From Azolla caroliniana (Eukaryota; Plantae; Polypodiophyta): DNA of 10,789 nt. Every line of letters begins with the position of its first letter. The stretch's first letter is position 1. The DNA is taken from assembly GCA_043228905.1 (NCBI GenBank), contig JBHGNT010001228.1:1-10789 (forward strand), read 5' to 3'. The notes beneath the pieces were generated by a model. The model did no database searches. It saw only the letters and a program-made list of their open reading frames with translations, and was not told the origin of the DNA. Below are positions 1-10,119 of the stretch, piece by piece. The position numbers were made by a program, and so were the translations under genes.

Positions 1-1920
1 AGCAAAATGTTGAAGCGGGGGTGGAGACCGTAGTTGGCGAAAAATGGAGTAACTCCCGTAGATGCATGTAGAGAGTTGTTGTAGGGGAACTCGGCAAGTG
101 GGAGAAGGTCAACCCAGTTATCTTGTTGGTAACTAAGAGAGCACCGCAAGTATTCTTCCAAGATTTGGTTAACTCGCTCCATTTGTCCATTGGTTTGCGA
201 AAGATAAATTCATAGTATAACCGAAGGTTTGCAGAAGGCGCCGCCAGAAATTGGAAACAAATTGTGGACCTCGATCAGAAGTGATATTGTTCGGGAGTCC
301 ATGTAGTCGAACCACATTTTTTAAAAACAAATCGGTTGTCTCCTCTCCGGTAATGTTTTTGGTACATTGAGCAAAATGAGTCATCTTGGTGAAGCGATCT
401 ACCATGACGAATACCGAGTCATAACCACCAACAAAGGAATGTCAGTGATGAAATCCATGGAAAGAGAGGCCCAAGGTTGTTTGGGGATTGGGAGAGGGTG
501 AAGGAGACCATATGGTCGATGATGAGATGCTTTAGACCAAGCACAAACGTCACATGACTTAACGAACTCTTTGACAAATTTCTATGGTTTTGGCCACCAG
601 TATCCCCGAGATATCAACTCCAAGGTTTTCACAACGCCAAAATGACCAACAAGTGGATCATCGTGACACTCGTGAAGCACCCTTGTCTGACAAGGACCTT
701 CTAAGACATACAAAAGATTATCTCAAAACAAAAGATTATCCTGAATTGTAAAACGAGCTAAATTAGGTCTTTTGGGTTCATGGGAGGGGTTCGTGATACT
801 TGCCTTGACCTCTGTGGTGAACTTGTCAATCGTAGTGGCTTTTGTTATTTGCTTGAGCAAAGAGTCATCCTGGAGCAAGCAAGTCGCGAAGTTGTAGAAT
901 TGGTTAGGCTTTAACAAACTTTGGGAGTGTTGAACATAGGCTTCATCCTCTAGAGTAAGCTCGAACTCAGACCGACGGGATAAGACATCGGTCATCGTGT
1001 GTTGAGCGTCAGGTCGAAAGATTATCTCAAAATCTTAGTCTGCCAAGAAGGTCGACCATCGCGCCTGCGCCTGTCTACGATTTAAGGTTCGTGTGGTAGA
1101 AAAGTATATATTAGATTTTTGTGATCGGTAATCACTTGGATACGGTGTTGCACCTTGGCTAAATAGGGTCTCCATTCTTCAAAAGCAGCAATAATAGCGA
1201 GAAGCTCGTTCTCGTATATGGGGTAGTTGATTTCTGGGGTCGTGAATTTGCGGATTAGTAAGCCACCGGGTGAAGCACACCGACCTCATCTGGCTGGGAG
1301 AGGATCGCCCCAATGGCAAAATTGGAAGCATCCGTTTCGACTTGGAAAGGCTTAGTTGGGTCAGGATGTAAAAGGACTGGTGCCATAGTAAAGGCTTGTT
1401 TCAGCAAGTCGTACGCCTTTTGGGCAGTTGTTGTCCATTCGAAAGTAGCATCCTTGCGGGTAAGAGCAATGAGAGGTTGTGCGATCACTAAGAATCCTTT
1501 GATGAAGCGACGATAAAAATTGGCAAAACCAAGGAATGATTGCACATCTCGTACCCGAGTTGGGACAACCCACTCTTGGATAGTCTTGACTTTCCGTGTG
1601 TCCATTGTGATTCCCTGTGTCGAAATGACATACCCAAGAAACTCTACAAAAGTATGATCAAATTCACATTTTTCACTTTTAGCATAGAGTCCGTGCTCGC
1701 GAAGTTTGGCAAGGACTAACCTGAGATGTCGAGTAGGCTCCTTGATGTTCGAAGAGAAGACCAAGATATCATTTAGATAGATCACAACAAAGTGATCTAG
1801 ATATTCTCGGAATATGTCATTCATCATATGCTGAAATACTGCAGGAGCATTAGTGAGGCCGAAAGCCATTACCTTATAATCGAAATGTCTGTAGCGCGTT
1901 CTAAAGGCAGTTTTCCATTC
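1..1920 (-). pseudogene. pol: Outer pol: RT C-terminus, RNase H, integrase (truncated by window edge)
   Basis: EWKTAF, FGLTNAPAVFQ, YLND (mutated YxDD), FLGFANFYRRFI, VETDASNFAIG, TDHKNL, HHCC region near 540-670, VDRFTKM, SDRGPQF. Confidence 0.95.
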
Positions 1921-2167
1921 GCGGAACACTCATTAAGATTTTGTATAGTGTTCAGTAGGTTCAACTCCTACTGCATCGAAAAGAATGCATTGGATGGATG
2001 CCTAGGCATTGAGAGGGAAGGACGCTTCCAAAGGCGAAAGGCCATGGGGAGATACCGTCTGTGATCCATGGGTTTCCAATCGGGAAACCGTATCCAAGCT
2101 TGTCGGGCATGCCGTGTGATGTGGCTCTACCTCGGACTTGAGAAACTTAGCGAACTGAAACATCATC
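1921..2167 (+). other. NUMT: mitochondrial DNA insertion in the RT gene
   Basis: Separates the RT residues KPGD and EWKTAF, which are adjacent in gypsy RTs. Most of the insert resembles plant mitochondrial LSU rRNA. Confidence 0.88.
1975..2164 (+). rRNA. rrn26: Fragment of plant mitochondrial 26S rRNA 5' end (non-functional nuclear copy)
   Basis: Recognised motifs GAAAAGAATGCATTGGATGGATGCC, GGCGAAAGGCCATGGGGAGATACCGTCTGTGATCCATGG and CTTAGCGAACTGAAACATC. Confidence 0.85.
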
Positions 2168-3197
2168 ATCTCCAGGTTTGATCCGTACCAAATTCTATGC
2201 TCCCCGTAGGTCAATCTTGGAGAAGATCTTCCCAGTCTGGAGTTGATCCAATAGCTCTAGGATGAGAGGTAGTGGGTAGCGGTTGCGAACAGTAATCTTG
2301 TTTAGACCCCGATAGTCGACGCAGAGGTGTAAGGATCCATCTTTCTTTTTCACAAACAAAATAGGAGCTCCTACTGGTGATTTTGAGGGTTGAATAAAAC
2401 CCTTTTTCAAGGTTCTCGTCGAGATACGTTCGGAGTGCTTGGAGTTATGATTCCGACAACCCATAAATTGGGCCAAAGGGAGGATTGGCAACTTCTTGCA
2501 GATCGATCGGACAGTCGTAGCGTCGATGCTTAGGCAAGTGCTCAACATTCTTTTTCTCAAATACGTCCTTGAAGACTTCATACTTGGACGGTAGTGAGTC
2601 AGTAGTTGTCCTCATTGGATTTCTCGACGAGGCACTATGCACTATTTTCCTTGTTGTGATTGGGATGTCAGCATCCGCCTTGGAGTTGATTCTTGCATTA
2701 ATGGGAGGGTGAGTGCCTGCAACAACATGAGATATTGCTTGCACCTCCGAGCTGGTTTGGGAGAAAGTAATCGAGTGATTGCGCCAATCATCAAGTGGAT
2801 TCTGTGCCTTCAGCCAAGACAAACCAAGGATAACCGGATGTCGCGGTGAAGTGATAACATAAAACGCTAAGCCCTCCTGGTGGTCCCCGAGCTGTAAGAT
2901 AAGTGGGACAGTGGCTTCGGTGACTGCTCCCGAAGAAAGCATGCATCCATCGATAGCTTCCACTGGGATTGGCTTGGACAATCGGACAATTAGGAATTTG
3001 TGTTTACGAATGAACCTTTCATCCATAAAACACGTTGTTGCCCCGGAATCTAGAAGTGCTAAGGATCTAATTGAAATCGACTTGAAATGGATGCTTACCA
3101 GAAAGGAGAAATCTTCCATCGATGTAGCCGAACTATGGGAGCGACACGAATGCGGATTGTCCAACCACATGGCTCCTATTGTAGTTGGACACCATCA
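2168..3197 (-). pseudogene. pol: Outer pol: aspartic protease and RT N-terminus
   Basis: [63 protein letters not shown]. Contains stops and a frameshift near 2400-2445. Confidence 0.95.
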
Positions 3198-3909
3198 TTT
3201 TCCCGTTGTTGGGGCCGTCTTGTCGTATTGTTTGTAGATATTTGTCGTTGATTATTCTTGATTGGGCAAAAACAAATGAGATGGGTGGATGCACCACAAT
3301 ATAAACATAGTCTGTTGGTCCGGCAATACCTCCGTTCACCCTCGGTGAGTGGCGGGGCGCGAGCTCGATCAATTTCCATCAGCACGGGGTCATCGTACGA
3401 TGACAATGGAGAAGATCTCGAAGAGGGTTTCCACCTTGAAGTTGTTCGTTCCTCTTGACAAAGCTCAAACAACTTATTGTCACAACTAACTGCTTGCGTG
3501 ATGGCTTGCGACAATGACGTAGGCTCCGGAAAGTTGAGTAGTAAATTTTTAATCTCGTTTTGAAGGCCCCACGAAAATGGTCGCAGAGAGCTTGGCCATC
3601 CCACTGAACATCACATGCTAATTGTCTAAATTCAGAGGCATAAACGGATACCAGACGCATACCTTGATGTAATGAATAGAGCTTGGTGATGGCAGCTCGA
3701 CGTCGGTCCGTATCCCCAAATGTTGCCTCAAACTTTGCCAGAAAGGCAAGAAAATTTTGTAGAAGTGGTGATGAAGTTTCGACCAACGGTGCAAACCAGG
3801 CTTCTGTAGCTCCGGACAGAAGGGTCCCGATGAGACCAACTTGACAAAAATCATACGCTTACCATTGAGGTTGTAGTTGGATAATAAGCTTGATCTAATT
3901 TATGAACCC
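3176..3909 (-). pseudogene. gag: Outer gag, C-terminal part
   Basis: Resumes in frame (GFIN*IKLIIQLQP...AWFAPLVETSSPLL...YASEFRQLA). Frameshift near 3570. Zinc knuckle CLYCGASTHLICFC. Confidence 0.9.
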
Positions 3910-4342
3910 TGTTAACTCTTAGGGCCGGACAATGGCCTAACACAGGGTGTCTACGGAAGACACTTCACCAAAGGGGTGTTACGGCAAGGGGATTAGGATC
4001 AACGATTAATCCGACTTAATTAGGTTACTTAGCAAGATTGTCCTTAATAATCACACGCGTAAGATCTAACAATGAATGCAGAACGGCAATTAACACAAAG
4101 ATATAAAAACACTAATCTTTATTAATTATCCGCTCTTCATTACATTGTATCCGGCCCTTTAAATAGGTTCCGGTCTGTAGTACAAAACGGTGCCATCCGC
4201 ACCTGTTCGGGATCGGTCCGGATCCGGAACGGCATACCGATTCCGGTCCGTCCGTCCACACTAATAGCTTTCTTACAACCATTCCTAATAATTAATTAAC
4301 TCCTCCGTTTCACACTCTGGACTCCTTTGCCGGCCGGTAACA
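3910..4342. repeat. Complete LTR of nested element (433 bp)
   Basis: TGTTAAC...GGTAACA. 4143-4342 matches 9615-9815. The minus strand has TATTTAAA (4165-4158), then AATAAA (4123-4118) and a GT-rich tract. Confidence 0.93.
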
Positions 4343-4344
4343 CA

Positions 4345-4361
4345 TGGCACGCCCGTGGGAC
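4345..4361 (+). other. tRNA-Arg-like primer-binding site, antisense to the element's genes
   Basis: TGGCACGCCCGTGGGAC, 2 nt after the LTR's terminal CA. Resembles the recalled Tat/Ogre-type PBS TGGCACGCCCNGTGGGAC with one base missing. Confidence 0.7.
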
Positions 4362-4397
4362 AGTACCTTGTACGTCGAATCCACCATCCGACCCTTG

Positions 4398-7194
4398 CTA
4401 TTCTTCGTCCAAAATATCCAGAATGCTTTGTTCAAGAGTCTCCAATGGTTCATCTGGAATTGGTTGTTGTTGTTGTTGTTGCTGTGGTTGTTGTTGTTGT
4501 TGTTGCTGCTCCGTTGATGGCTGTTGCAGCTGCTCCTCCGTTTGTCGTTCTGACACCAGCGTTTCCGTCGGTGCTCCCTCCGTCATAGTGGTCTCCGGTT
4601 GACTGGTTCCGGCCTGGCCCTTGGCCGGCGACGGTTCCTCATCACTAAGGTTAACCGTTGCCGCTTCCCGTGCTTTTTCTTCCCCAACCCGGGACCGCTC
4701 GTAGCTTTCAAACTGGATTTGAGCGTCCAGCCTATCATCGTCTAGCTGAGCTACGAATTGCCGGACCTGCACCAGCTGTTCATCCGCCAGGACTTGGAAG
4801 TCTTCAGCCAGCTCATCCCGTACGGCGGTGAAGTCCTCGGAAGTCAACGTGTAACAATCATCTCCTTCCTTCCGCCGGTTTGCCACGTCTGCTCGTAGCA
4901 ATTGGAGTTCCGCCGTATTTTGTGCCCACTTTGTCCACCATCTTACGGAGCTTTCGTCAATCAAGCGTTTTGTCTGATTCAGCCATGCCCAGAGGATGCA
5001 CTGAATCCGGGCCGTTCCCATCTGCGATTTGATCTCCGCAGCTTGCCGTTCCTCCTTCAATTGCTTGATGATTTTGACGTTGTCTTCCGCCTGCTCCTTG
5101 TAATGCGTCAATTGCCTTTGATATGTGCTTTGTAATTTTTGCAATATCGTTGACGCTCTCTCCTTTTCTTCCTGCTGCTGCCTCTGGAGCTCCATTCGGA
5201 CCTTCTCCGCCTCATCCAACCGTCTTGTATTTTCCGCCCGTTCGTCGGCAAGCGCCGTCGCAGCCTGATCAACTTCCTGTTGGAGCTTGGCCATATGTTC
5301 CTTATGCTCCGTTTCTAGCCGTTTGTAGTCCTGGTGCAGGTGCTCAAAATCATCTATCTTTTGCTTGAACCGTACGTTGATCTGTCGACGGGCCCGGTCC
5401 TCACAATCCCTCTGCTGGCGGAGCTCCTCCTTTAGCCGTTCAATTTCTGTTTCCGCCGTCTTCCGCAGCTTGTCCTTTTCCTACAGCACTTTGTCTTTTT
5501 CCTCCCTTAGCCGGTCGTACGCTTGATGGCCTTTCCGGAGGCTCTCCTCTGCTCGGCGGAGGTTCTCAACAGTCTTCTTTAATTCGGCTTCGGCCGCTGT
5601 CTTCAATTCCCGTTCATGGCTCCTTAGCGCTTTTTGTGCGGCGAGTTCATCTCTCAATTCCGCAAGCTCCTGGGCTTGCACCGCATCTCTCTCTGGAACG
5701 GTTTCCGTTGCCGGGGTCTTATTAGTATGTACAGGTTGGTCGGGTTCTTTATTCTGTACATTTACCGGAGTCACCAGTGACTGGATCTGTGTTGCCGTTA
5801 AGGCCATTTTGGCCATTTCTGCCGTGACCTGTGACCTAATCCAAGTCTTTTTCAAGGCACCGGATTCTGGACCGGGCCGTCTCTAGTTGTTCGGTTGTGA
5901 TGAGCAATCGTTCACTTTGCACTCTTTCTTCCACCTCAATATACCCCACTGCTCCGGCAATCTGTTCGCCTATTCACCGGAGCCACAGGCTACCAGTGCA
6001 TTGTTGTTGCGCTTACACAGAGGTTTGACGGATGGGCTCGCTTGTGGATGGGTGGTCCCACCTGATTGCGCCGAGTTGCAATTCCGTTTCTGGCCGTGGA
6101 CCATCCTACTATCCTGGTTCCCCTTGCGCTTCTTCTTGGTTGGCCGAGGGAGGTTGCATTGACCTTTCCAGCTCTGGCGGAATGGGACTTGTCGGTGCTG
6201 CCGGTGGTGCAGGGGCTTCTGATTCTGGTGCCATGCGTACCGGTTCCGGTTCCTCCCTTGGCGTGGGAGTCTCAATGTGGGGAGCCGGTGTTCCCTCCGT
6301 CTGAGGGTTCGAACGTTTCCCGGCTGCCTCAACGGTCCTTGCCGACGACCGTCGCTGGAGGTGCTCCGTAGGCTCCTTCTCTATTTCCTCTTCCTGAGTC
6401 CCGGCCTTGAATTTTGACGCCAAGGGGTCCGCTTCTCTATTCACCGGTCGGCGGAGTGTAACCTTTACGGGCCGTACCGGTGGTTCCTCCTACGCATCCG
6501 TTGGCCGCTTCCAGTTGGCGCTCTTCTTTCCCGCCTGTTCTACGTCCGCCGTCTTCCCCTTAGTGGCCTTAGAGGCCAAGAGCTGTTGTCTTTTGGAAGC
6601 AGTATTTGGGGTGCCGTCTGCCACTCTTCCCCGCTTCTTGGGCTCAACGGGCTCGACGGGTGGCACAAGCAAGGTGAGCCACTGCGTTACTGCGTGCCAT
6701 ATCCTCCGTCCTTCTCGGCCTTCTTTGTCGTCTTTTCCTCTGACGATGTCGATCGCCGCACACAAATCATCTGCGATCAATACCGGCCAATCCACCTTGA
6801 CCCCTTCATAGGTGGCGATGATCATCCTTGCCCGGTTCTGCGGCATGACAGGGGGTCTAGGGTACACATGGCCATATTCGTGGAGTACACGAGCAATCTC
6901 GCAGAACAGCATATCTCCGCCGCCCTGTGTCCGGTAGCCCTTGCTGGCTAGGGAGTACTCACCAAAATACTTGATGAGTTGCTCCGAGGTTGGATTGTCA
7001 ATCGTGAGTATGCCTCCCTCCGGAAGGCCTGTTAACGCACGGATCGCCTCCGCCGTTATGACCTCTGTGTCGATTTCTTTGATCACCTTGTCGGCTTCTT
7101 TGTGTGGTGGTACCTCCATAATCGTCAAGAAGCCCTCGAGCCCATGTTGCTTTAGCCATTTCTTGGCAGCTTCCGACAGCGTTTGCGGGTCCAT
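4398..7194 (-). pseudogene. Extra ORF between pol and LTR (~930 codons reconstructed): plant-transposon-type N-terminal domain, basic NLS-like patch, long coiled coil, poly-Q tail
   Basis: Track ORFs 6490-7500, 6109-6444, 5481-5855 and 4398-5294 join through TAG stops and one frameshift at about 6000-6100. Likely start is MDPQ at 7194 (alternative 7500). Confidence 0.75.
4463..4509 (-). repeat. (CAA)n repeat encoding poly-Gln in the extra ORF
   Basis: EQQQQQQQPQQQQQQQP. Confidence 0.9.
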
Positions 7195-7530
7195 GTCTGT
7201 GTTGAGGTCAGATTGTGGTGGCGAGGTTGGATGGTGATGAGAGTGAGATTGAGAGAGAGAGAGTTCAGAAAGTGGGGGTTCTCTGTGCGTCGGTTCTCGT
7301 CTGATGATCTTCCAGCGCCTTGGTGCTTCTGTGCTCCTGGGTTCGCGAAAGTAGAGGGTCTCCACGTGCAGTGGTTTTTCTCTGTGCATTCTGGCGCCTT
7401 TTTCGAGTGTGTGCACGTCGTGTACTAAAATAGCATTATGTCCTGTGGTGGGGCTTAAATGCCCACTACGTACCTTTTCGCTCCTCGCTCTCTCGTCCAT
7501 TCATACCTCGCTTTTGCATGATTACTTCGC

Positions 7531-7576
7531 TTTTTTTCTTTCTTTCTTTCTTTCTTTCTTTTTTTTTTTTTTTTTT
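7531..7576. repeat. (TTTC)n / poly-T tract; pure purine run on the minus strand
   Basis: Read directly from the sequence, just downstream of the pol stop codon. Confidence 0.9.
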
Positions 7577-7611
7577 GATAATTGTAGTGTGAGGTTACTT
7601 GTCCGTTAGTC

Positions 7612-9614
7612 CTATCGACCCTTACCGGCCTCATTCTCCCCAGTTACCGGCTCGCCGTCTCTGCCGTCTTGGTGGTTGTCGTTTCCCTCATAGGTTGTCG
7701 TTTCCGCACCGGTGTCGGTCCTTTGCTCAAATGGGTTCTGGGGCATCGGTCCTCTATATGGCTTCAATCGGAATCCGTTGACCCATTTGCCTAGCACTTC
7801 GCTGGCAAGCATCCCCAACTGGTAGGACCCATTATACTCACATGTCAGCCAATACGGGCCGGTCCATCTAAACCGTAGTGTACCCGGCATCTTGCCCATC
7901 CGGGTCTGAAATACTAACACCGGCTTGCCGATTGCGAACATTTTTTCATTTCCTTTCCTGTGTCGTTCGACAAATGCTTTCCGTCGCCGTTGTTCCAATT
8001 CTAAGTGCAGGATGCTTGCCAGTCGTTGTTCCTCGAGTTCACACAGCGTTGTTAACCGTATTGCCTCCGACTCCTTCTCGTTCAGCCGTTCCCGTAGCTG
8101 GATCCGTAAGCTGGGTACTTGGAATTCCATCGGCATTACCGCCTCTAGTCCGAACGCTAACCGGAACGGTGTTGTTCGGATGCTCGTTTTATATGTTGTC
8201 CGGTATGCCCAAAGCGCGCTATGTAGCTTGGTATCCCAATCCGTTCGGTTTTCATTGACGATCTTCCGGAGGATATTCTGGAGCGTTTTGTTCGTCGATT
8301 CAGCTAACCCATTTGCTTGTGGATAGTATGGTGTGCTCCGTTTATGGACAACGGCATAGAATGTCGTCAGGCTTTCAACTACTTGGCCGAGAAAGTGCCC
8401 CCCCTAGTCACTTATTAATTCGATTGGGCATCCGTAACGGCACCAGATGTATTCGTATAGAAATTTTGTTGTTGACGCAGCGGTGTTGTCTCTTAAGGTT
8501 GGCCTCCACCCATTTCGTGCAGTAATCCATCGCGACGATGACGTATCGATTACCTGTTCTCATTGCCGGTGGTTTGACTGGTCCAACAAAGTCCAGCCCC
8601 CACTTCTGGAATGGTTCGAGTGGTAGTACAGGCTAGTGTGGCATCCTAGCCTGCTCCATTGGCTGGCCCATTCGTTGGCATAGGTCACATTCTTTTGCGT
8701 ACCGTACAGCATCTCTTAATGTAGTTGGCCACCATAGGCCACTTTGCCATATTTTCCTGGTCGTCGCATCTCCGGCATAGTGACCTCCGGCAACTCTGCA
8801 GTGGGCTTCCCTCAGTATGAGGTCCTTTTCATTGCTGCGCACAACCCGTCTCCATATGCCGTCCGCGCCCTTGTGGTAAAGTGTGTCTCGCAATAAGCAT
8901 AAATGTCGGCTTTGCACCGCCAGACGTTTCCTTTCGTCCCGGTTCATCTCTTCCGGAGGCAGTCCTGTGCTCAGAAACTGGTGCATATTTGTGAGCCACT
9001 TGTCTTCATGTGCCACCGTCTCATCTGCTGCCGTTTCCGTAGTGACTCGAAACAGCTCCGCATCCGGAAACTCGTCCGCTACTCCATCGCCCGTCTCTGC
9101 GGACTCTAATCGGCTTAAATAATCCGCTACAACATGCTGTATACCGGGTCGGTGGAATATTTCGAACTCGAATTCCTGTAACAGTAAGGTCCACCGGGCC
9201 AATTTACCGGTGAGTGATGCCTTGGACACCAGGTAGAGGAGTGCCGAATGATCTACATGGAAGGAAAACTTCCTTCCCAATAAATAATGCCAAAACTTTG
9301 TCACACTATAGATCATCCCTAGAGCTTCCCGTTCCGTGGTAGAGTAGTTCCGTTCCGCTTGGGATAGCTTTCGGCTGGCATAGTACACTAGCCAGTATCA
9401 CTTTGGCTCCGTAAGCTGCATCAGTACACTTCCGATTGCGATGTCGGAGGCGTCCACAAACACATGAAATTCTTTACTCCAATCCGGAGGCTGCACTACC
9501 GGTGCTTGTGACAATAGTACCTTGAGGGCCCTATACGCCCTATCCTTGGTGTCGTCCCACTGGAATGGTGTCCGATGTACGGCGGCATGCAACGGTGTAG
9601 CCAGGTCGGCCAAG
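7612..9614 (-). pseudogene. pol: Nested pol remnant: RT connection, RNase H, integrase
   Basis: FVDASDIAIGSVLMQ, NYSTTEREAL, VDHSAL, HHCC (AH...GGHY...CDLC), PFQKWGLDFVGP, WTGPY. Stops at 9398 and 8633 and a frameshift near 8500. Confidence 0.95.
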
Positions 9615-9815
9615 CATTGTATCTGGGCCTTTAAATAGGTTTTCGGTCTGTAGTACAAAACGGTGCCATCCGCACCTGTTCGGGATCGGTCCGGATCTGG
9701 AACGGCATACCGATTCCGGTCTGTCCGTCCACACTAATAGCTTTCTTACAACCATTCCTAATAATTAATTAACTCCTCCGTTTCACACTCTGGACTCCTT
9801 TGCCGGCCGGTAACA
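9615..9815. repeat. Partial LTR of nested element (201 bp)
   Basis: Manual alignment to 4143-4342 gives 5 substitutions and 1 indel. Fused directly to pol sequence. Confidence 0.93.
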
Positions 9816-10099
9816 AACCCTCGAAAGTGCTTCCTCGTGCCATCGAACTTGTTGGGTAAACTAATATTGGGCTCCAAACTTGTAGTGGGATGGGAAGGAG
9901 TCAGAGATAGCATAGACGAGGAACCAGACTCTATAGGTAGAACATTTTTTGATGTAGGAGGAGAGTTGTTTTTTTCTTCGAGTTCCATTGTTGTTCCAAC
10001 TTGAAGCTTCCGTAATGATTCCCGAAGGTTGTCATTCTCAAGTTGAAGTTGATGCATGGCTTCCATGAGGTGATTTATTCTCTCGGTAAGATTTGACAT
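9816..10099 (-). pseudogene. gag: Outer gag, N-terminal part
   Basis: MSNLTERINHL...SLPNKFDGTRKHFRGF: coiled-coil N-terminus and a PEG10/sushi-like LPxKFDG motif. Cut by the nested insertion. Confidence 0.9.
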
Positions 10100-10119
10100 G
10101 TTGAGGCTTAGAAAATGGG

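Larger units (their letters stand above)
3910..9815 (-). mobile_element. Nested non-chromovirus Ty3/gypsy element (Athila/Tat/Phygy-like), internally deleted, with an extra ORF
   Basis: TGTTA...TAACA termini, 5-bp TSD AACCC at 3905-3909 and 9816-9820, direct LTR copies, and RNase H-integrase on the minus strand without an evident chromodomain. Confidence 0.95.

Noticed and set aside
1061-1073. 6-bp tandem duplication (QAQA) in outer RNase H
   Set aside because: It looks like an ordinary slippage mutation in a decaying copy.
1828-2214. ORFs 1828-2064 (+) and 2002-2214 (-)
   Set aside because: They are chance frames across the RT/rRNA insertion junctions.
4217-4228. Palindrome TCCGGATCCGGA in the inner LTR
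   Set aside because: It is short, lies in a CCGG-rich context and is mutated in the other LTR copy, so no function can be supported.
4327-4602. Cys-rich plus-strand ORF (and Val-rich 4355-4588)
   Set aside because: These are antisense readings of the (CAA)n poly-Gln repeat, not a metallothionein or membrane peptide.
4902-9122. Numerous short plus-strand ORFs
   Set aside because: They are shadows of the minus-strand pol and extra ORF, with no recognisable motifs.
9615-9755. N-terminus of ORF 9398-9658 and ORF 9540-9755
   Set aside because: They are read from LTR sequence fused by the deletion and are not native protein starts.
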